The notes below the pieces were generated by a model, which saw nothing but the letters and a program-made list of their open reading frames with translations, did no database searches and had not been told where the DNA came from. This document shows, piece by piece, positions 25,675 to 35,129 of a stretch of 64,000 bases of DNA; position 1 is the stretch's first letter, and each line of letters opens with the position of its first letter. The stretch comes from Minisyncoccia bacterium (GTDB lineage: Bacteria > Patescibacteriota > Minisyncoccia > Phycocordibacterales > PALSA-1337): NCBI GenBank assembly GCA_049997795.1, contig JBEKVT010000002.1:1664-65663 (forward strand). The letters run 5' to 3'. A program made the position numbers and the translations under genes.

Positions 25675-26433
25675 ATGGAGTCTCTCTCGAAACAGCAAAT
25701 GATACTCCTTGCCCTCTTGGTGTCTTTCGTGACCTCTCTCGCCACGGGCATCACCACGGTCTCGCTCATGGACCAGTCGCCCAATATGACGAGGACCATC
25801 ACCCAGGTCATACAGCAGACCGTTTCAGGGCTATCGACCGGCGGGGCATCTTCGACAGCCGCCGTGGCCATAGCCGTGAATGACGAAGTTGCTGACGCCA
25901 CTGCCTCGATCGAGCCTTCCATCGTCCGCTTGCGCGACGGAGACAGCGGTCCGGTCGTGGGCTTGGGCCTCATCGTCTCCGGATCGGGGGCCATCATGTC
26001 CGACAAGGATCTGACCGATACCCTCAATTCGCCGGAGGCGGTCTTCCCGAACGGTACTTCCGTGCCGATCGCCGTGGCCCGCTTCCAGATAAACGGCGAC
26101 GTGGCCTTCCTCGTCCCGACCAGGTCCATCTCGATCTCCATGAGGCCGATCGTCTTCGGCTCCGCGGCCCGTCTCGGCGCCTCGCTTTGGTCCTTGACCG
26201 GCACATCCACTTATACCTTGTCGCAAGGCATCGTGACCGAGCTCGTCCCGATCTCCGGATCCGAGCTTTCGTCGATACGCACCTCGATCGTCGCTCCCAA
26301 GATGCTTCCTGGCACGCCGCTCTTCGACGCCACGGGCGCAGTCATAGGCATGGCTACCACCGGTTCGCTTTCAGGCAGCCAAGGCGCTTCATTCTATCCG
26401 ATCCAGGAAGTTAGGACCGCCGTGCCGAGATGA
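25675..26433 (+). CDS. Trypsin/HtrA-like serine protease homolog, catalytic residues apparently lost
   Basis: N-terminal TM segment; PSIVRL, GLGLIVS..G.I and LPGTPLFDATGAVIGM. Confidence 0.65.
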   Translation: MESLSKQQMILLALLVSFVTSLATGITTVSLMDQSPNMTRTITQVIQQTVSGLSTGGASSTAAVAIAVNDEVADATASIEPSIVRLRDGDSGPVVGLGLIVSGSGAIMSDKDLTDTLNSPEAVFPNGTSVPIAVARFQINGDVAFLVPTRSISISMRPIVFGSAARLGASLWSLTGTSTYTLSQGIVTELVPISGSELSSIRTSIVAPKMLPGTPLFDATGAVIGMATTGSLSGSQGASFYPIQEVRTAVPR

Positions 26434-26550
26434 GCCGAAAAGGATATGTCTTGAAAGAACTCCACTTATTCGGCTTTTGTGCCTAAAGAAAGCGTCTCAA
26501 CCTACTGATCCCGCTGGGAATGTTCTTTCAAGGCATATCCTTGTCGGCTC
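26432..26550 (-). repeat. Hairpin element family, copy E3
   Basis: 29-bp inverted repeats with 2 mismatches around a minus-strand core ATTCCCAGCGGGA-N17-TTTCTTTAG-N14-TAAGTGGA. Confidence 0.85.
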
Positions 26551-26622
26551 TTCATTCACGGCCGTCCCGCACCGCCGGATTTGATTCCGGCGTATTTTTG
26601 TAGTAATATATGGCCGAAATCG

Positions 26623-29325
26623 ATGCCTCCTATCAATAAACTCACCACAAAGGCCAGGGAAGCCCTTAAAAAGGCCCACGAATTGGCCATAGAACGCGGC
26701 CAGAACCACGTCAACCCCGTGCACCTTTTATGCGCTCTCATCCTCCAGGAAGAGAGCATGGTGGCTTCGATCCTGGACAAGCTGGAAGTCGACACGCCGA
26801 TGCTCTCGGACATCGTCCTGGAGCACATCGAGGCGCCCGAAGGCTCGAGCGTCCTGTCGCCGTCATATCAGATCTACCTCACCCCGGACCTGGCTCAGAT
26901 CCTGGACAATTCGCTCCGAGTGGCCGGACTCTTGAAGGATGAGTTCATCTCCACCGAGCACCTCTTCCTGTCGATCTTCGACATCCCGTGCACGGCCCGT
27001 GACATCCTCGGCCGTTTCAAGATAGAGCGCGACGCCGTGACCAAGGTCATTGAAGAACTCAAGGCCAACCCGCCTTCCCGCGACACCGAGCCGAAGAAAT
27101 TCCGCACTCTCTACAAATACGCCAGATCGCTCACTAGGCTTGCCCGCGAGAACAAGCTCGATCCGGTCATAGGCCGCGATAACGAGATCATGCGCATCAT
27201 CCAAATCCTGTCGCGCCGGACCAAGAACAACCCGATCCTGATCGGCGAGGCCGGCGTGGGCAAGACCGCCATCGTGGAAGGCTTGGCTCTTCGCATGTCC
27301 CAAGGCGACGTGCCGGAATCGATCAAAGACAAGGAGCTGGTATCGCTCGACCTCGGCCAATTGATCGCCGGCACCAAGTACCGCGGCGAATTCGAAGAAC
27401 GCCTGAAGAACATCCTGAAGGAAGTCGAACGAGCCGAAGGCAAGATCATCCTCTTCGTCGACGAGATCCACACCCTGGTCGGCGCCGGCGCCTCCGAGGG
27501 TTCGATGGACGCCTCCAACATGCTGAAGCCGGCCCTCTCCCGGGGTGAACTCCGGGCCATCGGCGCCACCACCATAAAGGAATACCAGAAATACATCGAG
27601 CGCGACCCGGCCCTGACCCGCCGCTTCCAGCCAGTCTATGTCTCCGAGCCCTCCGTCGAAGATGCCATCTCCATCCTGCGCGGCCTCAAGGAGAAATACG
27701 AGATGTTCCACGGCGTACGGATCACCGACGACGCCATCGTGGCGGCCGTCAACCTGGCCAGCCGCTACATCACCGATCGCTTCCTGCCGGACAAAGTTGT
27801 CGACCTCGTGGATGAAGCCGCCTCCTCGCTCAGGATCTCGCTCGAGAACATGCCGCCCAAGCTGGAAGAGACCAGGAGGAAGATCATGCGGCTCGGGATA
27901 GAGCGCGAAGCCCTGAAGAAAGAGACGGAGAAAGCCGCCAGGATGCGCATGACGAAGATCGATCACGAAATAGCGGATCTCAAAGAATCGACTTCGGAGC
28001 TTGAGCTCAAATGGAAGAACGAGAAGGAGACCATCACCGACCTGAAGCGCATCAAGAGGGAACTAGAGGCCATGCGCATCGAGGCCGACATGGCCGAAGC
28101 CAGGTCCGACCTCTCGAAGGCCGCTGAATTGCGCTACGGACGCATCCCGGCTCTGGAAAAAGACCTCGAATCAAAGAATCGCCGCCTGAAGAAGCTGCAG
28201 TCCTCGAGGCGCATCCTGAAGGAAGAGATCACCGCCGAAGACATCGCCGGCGTGGTCTCTCGCTGGACCGGCATCCCGGTCTCGCGGATGCTGGAGTCCG
28301 AGGCCTCGAAGTTGACGCGCATGGAGATCGAATTGAAGAAGCGCATCGTGGGCCAGGACGAGGCCGTCACGAAGATATCCGACACGGTCAGGCGCTCCAG
28401 AGCCGGCATCGCCGACCCGGCCCGGCCGATCGGCTCGTTCATCTTCCTGGGCCCGACCGGCGTCGGCAAGACGGAGCTCACCAAGGCCCTGGCCGAATTC
28501 CTGTTCAACGACGAAAAGGCCCTGATCCGGGTGGACATGTCCGAATTCATGGAGAAGCACAGTGTCTCGAAGTTGATCGGCGCCCCTCCGGGCTACGTGG
28601 GCTACGACGAGGCCGGCAGCCTGACCGAGGCAGTCCGCCACCGTCCGTACGCGGTCATCCTCTTCGACGAGATAGAGAAAGCCCATCCGGAAGTCTTCAA
28701 CATCCTCTTGCAGGTCCTCGACAACGGCCGGCTGACCGACTCCAAGGGCCGGGTGGTCAACTTCAGGAACACGGTCATCATCATGACCTCGAACATCGGC
28801 GCCCAACACATCGAGCGCATGGAGAAGCTCGGCTTCTCGAAGGACCAAGGCAACCGCGACCGCGACAATTACGCCGAGGCCAAGGAGAAGATCAACGCCG
28901 CCCTCAAGGATTATTTCCGTCCCGAATTCCTGAACCGCATAGACGACATCATCATCTTCGACATCCTGTCGCCGGAAGCGGTCAGGGAGATAGTCAGGAT
29001 CCAAGTCGGGGAAGTGACGAAGCGCCTCGCCGAGAAGTCAGTCGAGCTCATCCTCTCGCCGGCCGCTCTGGATTATCTGGCCAAGGAGGGCTACAACCCG
29101 CAGTACGGCGCCCGGCCCTTGAAGCGCCTGATCCAATCGAGGATACTCACCCCGGTGGCGAACCTGCTTATCGGCCAGGAAGTGGCGAAGGGCGGTCAGG
29201 TCCTGGTCGGCGTGAAAGACGTCGCCGGCAAGGAGGGCGTCAAGGAATTCACTTTCGAAGTCAAGAAGAAGCACAAAGGCGAGAGCCCGATCATCGCGCG
29301 CGAAACGGCGGCAGAGAAACGCTAG
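26623..29325 (+). CDS. clpB: ATP-dependent chaperone ClpB
   Basis: Clp N domain, two AAA+ modules ([16 protein letters not shown]), long middle domain with [11 protein letters not shown]. Confidence 0.93.
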   Translation: MPPINKLTTKAREALKKAHELAIERGQNHVNPVHLLCALILQEESMVASILDKLEVDTPMLSDIVLEHIEAPEGSSVLSPSYQIYLTPDLAQILDNSLRVAGLLKDEFISTEHLFLSIFDIPCTARDILGRFKIERDAVTKVIEELKANPPSRDTEPKKFRTLYKYARSLTRLARENKLDPVIGRDNEIMRIIQILSRRTKNNPILIGEAGVGKTAIVEGLALRMSQGDVPESIKDKELVSLDLGQLIAGTKYRGEFEERLKNILKEVERAEGKIILFVDEIHTLVGAGASEGSMDASNMLKPALSRGELRAIGATTIKEYQKYIERDPALTRRFQPVYVSEPSVEDAISILRGLKEKYEMFHGVRITDDAIVAAVNLASRYITDRFLPDKVVDLVDEAASSLRISLENMPPKLEETRRKIMRLGIEREALKKETEKAARMRMTKIDHEIADLKESTSELELKWKNEKETITDLKRIKRELEAMRIEADMAEARSDLSKAAELRYGRIPALEKDLESKNRRLKKLQSSRRILKEEITAEDIAGVVSRWTGIPVSRMLESEASKLTRMEIELKKRIVGQDEAVTKISDTVRRSRAGIADPARPIGSFIFLGPTGVGKTELTKALAEFLFNDEKALIRVDMSEFMEKHSVSKLIGAPPGYVGYDEAGSLTEAVRHRPYAVILFDEIEKAHPEVFNILLQVLDNGRLTDSKGRVVNFRNTVIIMTSNIGAQHIERMEKLGFSKDQGNRDRDNYAEAKEKINAALKDYFRPEFLNRIDDIIIFDILSPEAVREIVRIQVGEVTKRLAEKSVELILSPAALDYLAKEGYNPQYGARPLKRLIQSRILTPVANLLIGQEVAKGGQVLVGVKDVAGKEGVKEFTFEVKKKHKGESPIIARETAAEKR

Positions 29326-29374
29326 ATTGCGGATTCTCCGAAATCGTATTAAAATCAACGCGTTCCCTAAAAAC

Positions 29375-29458
29375 GCGCAGGTGGCAGAGTGGTCAATTGC
29401 AATGGACTGTAAATCCATCGCCCTATGGGCTACGGGGGTTCAAATCCCTCCCTGCGCA
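29375..29458 (+). tRNA. tRNA-Tyr (GTA)
   Basis: GCGCAGG acceptor, ATGGA-CTGTAAA-TCCAT anticodon arm, variable arm, GGTTCAAATCC. Confidence 0.96.
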
Positions 29459-29482
29459 CAAATCTTTTGTGATATGGTAAAG

Positions 29483-29510
29483 AAAAAAGCCCGCGTCGAT
29501 GGCGCGGGCT
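29483..29510 (-). terminator. Intrinsic terminator inside cassette 3
   Basis: AGCCCGCG...CGCGGGCT hairpin with a T-run on the minus strand. Confidence 0.7.
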
Positions 29511-29520
29511 CACAAAACAT

Positions 29521-29937
29521 TCACGGATAGCCCAGTTGCTGGAAAGCCGCGTAGAAAGCGGCTGCGTCTCTGGCTGATTTATCTGCCGCTTCTTGGGTGG
29601 CTGTCCATCGCCTGTCGATCCTGACGACATCTCCGACCTTGATAACTGCGCTTAGGGGAGCATAGGTTGACATTGAATGAAGGCGGACACTGACCTCATC
29701 TCCTGTGGGGAAAGAAGTCTTACCGTCCTTGTCGCAGTCGAGGTAACGGATCATGATAAAGCTGTTGCCCACTACATTATTGTCGACCGCTACCACCTTG
29801 CCGTAGGACACAGGATTCAGTTGACCACGAGATCCTTTGTATATCACTACGCCGGCTAAGACAGCCAAGACAACAACCCCGAGATAGAGGAATACAAGGG
29901 GAGGATATTCCTTGAAAAATAGAAATAGTTTTTTCAT
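29521..29937 (-). CDS. Hypothetical membrane-anchored protein (cassette 3)
   Basis: 138-aa ORF with an N-terminal TM segment and lower GC; TTGACA-N18-TATAAT at 30054-30025. Confidence 0.65.
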   Translation of the reverse strand: MKKLFLFFKEYPPLVFLYLGVVVLAVLAGVVIYKGSRGQLNPVSYGKVVAVDNNVVGNSFIMIRYLDCDKDGKTSFPTGDEVSVRLHSMSTYAPLSAVIKVGDVVRIDRRWTATQEAADKSARDAAAFYAAFQQLGYP

Positions 29938-30106
29938 AGCTGAAGTTTGGTTGAAAGACGCGACAGAATTGTCTCGCCTTCGTTCCCAAACTCCAACTCA
30001 TTTCAATGATCCTAACTACCTAACATTATATAGCATTTAATATCTATTTGTCAAGCTCTATTAATTCCATCGGAACGCTGTTTTAGTGACTTAAGTTCAT
30101 TAAAAA

Positions 30107-30139
30107 GGTTCTAACTTCGTCCCACGCAGCGCACAAATC
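30107..30139 (+). repeat. Cassette junction motif, copy C
   Basis: GGTTCTAACTTCGTCCCACGCA followed by GCGCACAAATC, identical to 29454-29464 at the tRNA-Tyr 3' end. Confidence 0.85.
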
Positions 30140-30226
30140 CTTCCAACAACAATCAGTAATACAAAAAGCCGCTCGGAATGGTACGAGCGGCCGATAACAC
30201 ATCATTGACGAGATTCGATCGTGACA

Positions 30227-30490
30227 TTATCCGCCGTCCTCGACAAGTTCTTCCGGCTTGACCGGTTCTCCATATCTGGGAGCTTTCCAGTCTGGCTGAC
30301 AGCTTGGACAATGCAGATGCCCAACTTGTATCACCTTGCCGCTCCCCGAAAGCGGAAATGGTCCATCGTGGAGTGAACGGCCTGTCTGGGTGCACAGAAT
30401 GTCGACTCCCGTCTTTTTGCAAGTCCAACCATTGGGTCCGTGAACAGCGTGTTCCTGGAGCCATTTTGCATCTGTTGCGAGAATAGTCAC
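30227..30490 (-). CDS. Small hypothetical Cys/His-containing protein, possible zinc ribbon (cassette 4)
   Basis: GTG start with Shine-Dalgarno AAAGGT; WTCKKT...HLHCPSC; terminator hairpin at about 30163-30191. Confidence 0.6.
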   Translation of the reverse strand: MTILATDAKWLQEHAVHGPNGWTCKKTGVDILCTQTGRSLHDGPFPLSGSGKVIQVGHLHCPSCQPDWKAPRYGEPVKPEELVEDGG

Positions 30491-30601
30491 GGCTTACCTT
30501 TCTATATTTGAATGACCACCGAGATAAGTATCCGGGACTGACATTACTACTTAAACCACTACTGTCAAGATAATGATTTAACGGCTCAGACTCATCAAAG
30601 A

Positions 30602-30629
30602 GGTTTCAACTTCATCCTACGCAGCGCAC
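30602..30629 (+). repeat. Cassette junction motif, copy D
   Basis: GGTTTCAACTTCATCCTACGCA followed by core GCGCAC, 3 nt from the alr stop. Confidence 0.8.
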
Positions 30630-30632
30630 GAT

Positions 30633-31781
30633 TCAATCGACCACGACCCGCTTGAGGTGTGCCGGGATCTTCACGGCGACTTCGTAAGTGATGGTGCCGC
30701 AGAGCTTGGCCACGGCCTTGATGGAATTGAGATCGACGACCTCGCGGCTGAAAACGACGGCTTGCATGCCTATCTTGGAGTCAGGGACCTTCGAGACGTC
30801 TATGGTGGCGATATTCATGCTGACCCGGCCGACGATGGGACAGAGGATGCGATCCGGACCGACCTGGATGAAGCCGCTCCCGGAAAGCCGGCGGTCGAGA
30901 CCTTCGAAATAGCCGACGGGGATGGTGGCTATCGTCATGTCCTTGTCGGCCCTGAAGGTATTACCGTAGCCGACGGTCTCTCCGGCCGTGAGCTTCTTGA
31001 CGCCGGTTATGATCGTCCTCATCTCCAATACTGGCCGGAGCTTCAGGCTTGAATACAGGGCGGAATTCTCGGACAAGCCGTATAGGCCGATGCCGAGCCG
31101 GATGACGTTGCCGTTTATGTCCTTGGAGAAGCGCGAGCCGTCGGTGGCGGCGGCGTGGAAGTATTTGAGGCGCGGAAATGAGGCCTTGAACTGATTGACT
31201 ATCCGATTCCAGGCGCTTATCTGGCTCTCGGTGAATGATCCATCGGGGTTATCGGCGCTCGAGAAGTGGGTGCAGATCCCTTCCAGGACGATGCAAGGAT
31301 TTGCTTTGATTACATCGATCGTTGTCGGGATCTCCTCGGGCAATATGCCTTGCCGGCGCATGCCCGTGTCGATCTTTAGATGGATAGGGATGTAATGCCG
31401 GGCGCCCATCAATCCCTCGAGAGTTTCCAAGCTGGTCACGGCGAAAGCCGTCTTCTTCAAGCTGGATTTTCTGATGGTCTCGGGCCTGGTGTAGCCGATG
31501 ACGAGCAGGGGAGCCCTGAATCGGCGGGCCCGCAGAGCCACGGCTTCGAAATACGAATCGACGATGAAGAAAGGCATATCGTCTCGAGATTTGAGGACGC
31601 TGGCGACTTCGGCTAGGCCGTGGCCGTAGGCGTTGGACTTCAAGACAGAGGCGATGCCCGCGCCGGGCGCCAGTTTCTTGAATTCATCCAGATTTTCGAG
31701 CAGGCGGCTCTTCGATATCTCGACCGTGATGAGCGGCTCGTAGGGGAACCGGCGGCGCGAAAGCCAGGTCAGGAGTCTCAT
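30633..31781 (-). CDS. alr: Alanine racemase
   Basis: VLKSNAYGHG (PLP Lys), HLKIDTGMRRQG, VGYG and IVGRVSMN. Confidence 0.96.
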   Translation of the reverse strand: MRLLTWLSRRRFPYEPLITVEISKSRLLENLDEFKKLAPGAGIASVLKSNAYGHGLAEVASVLKSRDDMPFFIVDSYFEAVALRARRFRAPLLVIGYTRPETIRKSSLKKTAFAVTSLETLEGLMGARHYIPIHLKIDTGMRRQGILPEEIPTTIDVIKANPCIVLEGICTHFSSADNPDGSFTESQISAWNRIVNQFKASFPRLKYFHAAATDGSRFSKDINGNVIRLGIGLYGLSENSALYSSLKLRPVLEMRTIITGVKKLTAGETVGYGNTFRADKDMTIATIPVGYFEGLDRRLSGSGFIQVGPDRILCPIVGRVSMNIATIDVSKVPDSKIGMQAVVFSREVVDLNSIKAVAKLCGTITYEVAVKIPAHLKRVVVD

Positions 31782-31832
31782 GTTTGCATTATGTCTTAGC
31801 CTGGGTTATATTACAACCTCACTCGAATCATC

Positions 31833-31988
31833 ATGTCGCAGGACCAACTCATCCAATTGCGAAACAAGGAGACCGGCGAGGTCTATTGGACGCGCAAGAA
31901 CAAGAAGAAGGTGGAGCGCAAGATCGAGCTCAAGAAATATTCGGCCAGGCTCCGTAAGCACGTCGTCTTCAAAGAATCCAAGAAATAA
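31833..31988 (+). CDS. rpmG: 50S ribosomal protein L33 (Cys-free form)
   Basis: MSQDQLIQLRNKETGEVYWTRKNKKKVERKIELKKYSARLRKHVVFKESKK; too short for the ORF track. Confidence 0.92.
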   Translation: MSQDQLIQLRNKETGEVYWTRKNKKKVERKIELKKYSARLRKHVVFKESKK

Positions 31989-31990
31989 TC

Positions 31991-32105
31991 GCAGGAAAGG
32001 AAGTGCTTCTGAAGAACTCCTCTTTACATCCCGCTTTAGGCTGAAGGCAAGGGTCATCGGACGTATCCCGCTGGGAATGTTCTTCAGAAGCACTTCCTTT
32101 CCTGC
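31991..32105 (-). repeat. Hairpin element family, copy E4
   Basis: Perfect 27-bp inverted repeats around a minus-strand core ATTCCCAGCGGGA-N16-TGCCTTCAG-N14-TAAAGAGGA. Confidence 0.85.
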
Positions 32106-32128
32106 TATACTTCTCGTGTTCCTTAGAT

Positions 32129-32199
32129 GGGCGATTAGTTAAGTGGCATAACTGCGGTCTCCAAAACCGCTGTCGGGGGTTCGATTCCCTCATCGCCCG
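32129..32199 (+). tRNA. tRNA-Trp (CCA)
   Basis: GGGCGAT acceptor, GCGGT-CTCCAAA-ACCGC anticodon arm, GGTTCGATTCC. Confidence 0.95.
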
Positions 32200-32238
32200 C
32201 AATAAAAAGAGCGGACAGAAGTCCGCTCCATAGTGACG

Positions 32239-32940
32239 CTATCCGGCGTCAGAAACCGGTTCTTTGCGCGACGTCAGAGCGTTTAGACCCCGTCGCTCCA
32301 GGAATTCGCGGCCCTTGCCGACATGCGGGTTGACGGGAATCCCTTGTTTGCACAGAGGGCACTCGGATTCAGGCCAGTGGGCGGAACTCAACTTGACGTT
32401 CGCCAGCGAGACCAGCTCCGGCACGTCGCCAATGTCTGCGGCCGTGATACCGCCGGAATTCACCAGAGCCGCGGCGCCGATGACATGGCCGCCCCTCCGT
32501 CTCACGGCTTCGACGACCGTTCTGACGATATTGCGGCCGTCGGACAGGATATCCTCGACCACCAACACCTGCTTATTCCGGATCAACTTGTCATAATCGA
32601 GCCCGGGAATGAACAGATCTTGATCGATTTTTTCGGTGTGCATGGCTAAAACCTGGTGCTTCGTAAGCTCGCTCAAGTGGAATGCTGTCCACTGCGCGAG
32701 GATAGAGCCGTCGGTGCCATGGCCGATGACTACCCAGACGTTATCGCCCATGAACTTCTTGGCGATCTCCATGCACAGGCTGGAGGTTTGGATGGGGTGC
32801 GAGTATATCGCATCCCTGTTAACGTAAGAGTTTTCATGCAGGCGAGGGGAACTGACGATGTGATCGTCGATGATCATGGCGTTGAGCCATTTGAGGGTAG
32901 CGATCACCCTCTGTTCCAATTCAGGATCGTGTAGCTTCAT
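32239..32940 (-). CDS. Type I phosphoribosyltransferase, orotate PRTase (PyrE)-like
   Basis: PRPP motif VLVVEDILSDG and C-terminal CPLCKQG.P....GKG. Start 32940 chosen from a TTGACA-N16-TAGTAT promoter at 33029-33002. Confidence 0.75.
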   Translation of the reverse strand: MKLHDPELEQRVIATLKWLNAMIIDDHIVSSPRLHENSYVNRDAIYSHPIQTSSLCMEIAKKFMGDNVWVVIGHGTDGSILAQWTAFHLSELTKHQVLAMHTEKIDQDLFIPGLDYDKLIRNKQVLVVEDILSDGRNIVRTVVEAVRRRGGHVIGAAALVNSGGITAADIGDVPELVSLANVKLSSAHWPESECPLCKQGIPVNPHVGKGREFLERRGLNALTSRKEPVSDAG

Positions 32941-33181
32941 GATTCCGTCCCTTTCAAGGCAAATACTGACGTTGGACTGACAAAGTAGCTGTTCGGTTGC
33001 CATACTACCGCCCGGCGCCTGTTTGTCAACGCGTTGACTTTCGGCACGCCCGGAAATTGAAAGACACACAGACCAATCATCTTGCATTAGTCATAGATAT
33101 ATGTTATTATATGCGCCGGTTTCAGTCTTTGACAGAACAAACTCACACAGCAAACTCAGCCAAGAAAAAGAGAGGATACCC

Positions 33182-33751
33182 ATGAAAGCAGGCAATTTGT
33201 TGCTGGCTCTCGGTGCTCTGGTCACGGCGCTCATGCTGGTCGGATGCACGGAGGAACATCACGTGCGCCGTCATCACAAGAAGCATTATGGTCTCATCTA
33301 TCACGGGACCGACGGCCACTATTACACCAGGAGCCACGAAGGCAACCGGTTTCTTTGCTGGAGACTGGTCAACGACACCTTGTCCGGCCTGTCTCCCGAC
33401 ATGGCCGACTGGAGCAAGAGCTCGTCGATCTCCGGTAACTGGGTGCGGACGTCTACGCTCCCGACCGGGCTCGTGCCGACCTCCAAGGTCGTGGTCGAGG
33501 AAGAAGGCAAACCCACCTCGGAGATCGAAGAAGAGTCCCCGGCCACGGAGCAGGAAACGGTCACAGAATCGACCACCGAATCTCAAGCCGAAAGCGCCGA
33601 AGCCGGTTCGGATGATTCCGGAAGCGATTCATCGTCAAGCGGAGACGGCGACAGTTCCGGCGGAGACGCCGGGGGCGGTGGCGATAGCGGTGGCGGCGGA
33701 GACAGCGGCGGTGGCGACGGTGGTGGTGATGGCGGCGGAGGCGGGGATTGA
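33182..33751 (+). CDS. Hypothetical lipoprotein with acidic and Gly/Ser/Asp-rich tail
   Basis: Shine-Dalgarno GAGGA, lipobox LVGC, TTGCAT-N17-TATTAT promoter, terminator at about 33768-33804. Confidence 0.7.
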   Translation: MKAGNLLLALGALVTALMLVGCTEEHHVRRHHKKHYGLIYHGTDGHYYTRSHEGNRFLCWRLVNDTLSGLSPDMADWSKSSSISGNWVRTSTLPTGLVPTSKVVVEEEGKPTSEIEEESPATEQETVTESTTESQAESAEAGSDDSGSDSSSSGDGDSSGGDAGGGGDSGGGGDSGGGDGGGDGGGGGD

Positions 33752-33906
33752 TCCCGCGAGACGCTTACAAGGGCAGGCAGTGATCACTCGCTTGCCCTTT
33801 TTTATTGAACGGATAGTTATATCCTTGATAGAAGAGTGATGCCTCTGAACTATCTGAAACCTGATCTTCTTTTTGCTTATGAAATCAACAGGCGTATACT
33901 ACGCCT

Positions 33907-35067
33907 ATGGAACCTCTCGCCAACAAAATACGGCCGCAGAACCTGAAAGAGTTCATGGGCCAGGAGCACCTGGTGGGGCCGAAGGGGCCTTTGCGCCAGG
34001 CGATACGGGATAAGCATCTCTTCTCGTTCATCCTCTGGGGCCCGCCGGGCTCGGGCAAGACGACCCTAGCCCGAATCTACGCCAAAGCTCTCGACGTCAA
34101 GCTCTACGAGCTCTCGGCTGTGAACGCCGGCAAGGACGACATCAAGAGGATCATCGACGACCCGGCTCTCCTCGACCAGCGGCCCAAGCTCCTATTCCTC
34201 GATGAGATCCACAGGTTCAACAAGGCCCAGCAAGATTTCCTTCTGCCGTTCGTGGAGACCGGGACGCTCACCTTGATCGGCGCCACCACCGAGAACCCGA
34301 GCTTCGAGGTCATCTCGCCCTTACTCTCGCGCTGCCGCGTTTTCACCTTGAACGCCTTGTCGGAGAAAGATTTGAGGAAGATCATCGAGCGCACCAAGAT
34401 AAAAGTGCCCAAGGACGCCCTGGATTGGTTGGTGACTCTGGCGAACGGCGACGCCCGCATCGCCATCACCGCTCTCGAGAACACCAAGCGCGTCTACGGC
34501 TCCGTCACGGTGGGGACCTTGAAGAACGCCTTCGAGCACGCCTTTATCCGCTTTGACAAGAAAGGCGACGAACATTACGACACCATTTCCGCGTACATAA
34601 AGAGCCTGCGGGCCGGAGACGCCGATGCGGCGCTCTACTACCTGGCCCGCATGATAGAAGGCGGCGAAGACCCCAAGTTCATCGCCCGCCGGATGGTCAT
34701 ATTCGCCTCCGAAGATATCGGTTTGGCTCAACCTACCGCATTGGTCGTGGCTAATGCAGTTTTTGCCGCCGTTGATGTCATAGGCATGCCCGAGGCTCAG
34801 ATCAATCTGGCGCACGGCACCGCCTATCTAGCTCTGGCCGCAAAAGACCGCAGCGCCTACAATGCCTATTTTGAAGCTCTTGATGACGTCAAGAAGACGG
34901 GGAACTTGCCCATTCCGCTCAAGATCCGCAATGCGCCCACCAAGCTCATGAAAGAGCTCGGCTATCACGAAGGCTATGAGATGTACGACAAGACCGGCTA
35001 TTTGCCTGAAAAGCTGAAAGGGAAGAAGTATTTAAAAGCGAAGAAAGGGAGGAATGCAGGGAAATAA
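33907..35067 (+). CDS. rarA: Replication-associated recombination protein A (MgsA/RarA)
   Basis: PLANKIRP, GPPGSGKTT, DEIHRFNKAQQD, ATTENPSF and ASEDIG. Confidence 0.96.
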   Translation: MEPLANKIRPQNLKEFMGQEHLVGPKGPLRQAIRDKHLFSFILWGPPGSGKTTLARIYAKALDVKLYELSAVNAGKDDIKRIIDDPALLDQRPKLLFLDEIHRFNKAQQDFLLPFVETGTLTLIGATTENPSFEVISPLLSRCRVFTLNALSEKDLRKIIERTKIKVPKDALDWLVTLANGDARIAITALENTKRVYGSVTVGTLKNAFEHAFIRFDKKGDEHYDTISAYIKSLRAGDADAALYYLARMIEGGEDPKFIARRMVIFASEDIGLAQPTALVVANAVFAAVDVIGMPEAQINLAHGTAYLALAAKDRSAYNAYFEALDDVKKTGNLPIPLKIRNAPTKLMKELGYHEGYEMYDKTGYLPEKLKGKKYLKAKKGRNAGK

Positions 35068-35129
35068 AAACGGCTAGCGAGACCTCGGAGGTCTGCTAGC
35101 CGTGGAAGGAGAGGAGTCGGGAATGACCG

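Noticed and set aside
33031-33053. GTTGACTTTCGGCAC-GCCCGG as a fifth cassette junction downstream of tRNA-Trp
   Set aside because: Only 5 of 6 core bases match tRNA-Trp 69-74 and the motif needs several gaps to align; too weak to call.
33839-33849. ATGCCTCTGAA matching the E2 stem
   Set aside because: An 11-nt match with no core boxes or partner arm; probably chance.
35074-35099. CTAGCGAGACCT-CGG-AGGTCTGCTAG palindrome as a REP element
   Set aside because: Only one copy seen, between convergent genes; adequately explained as a terminator-like hairpin.
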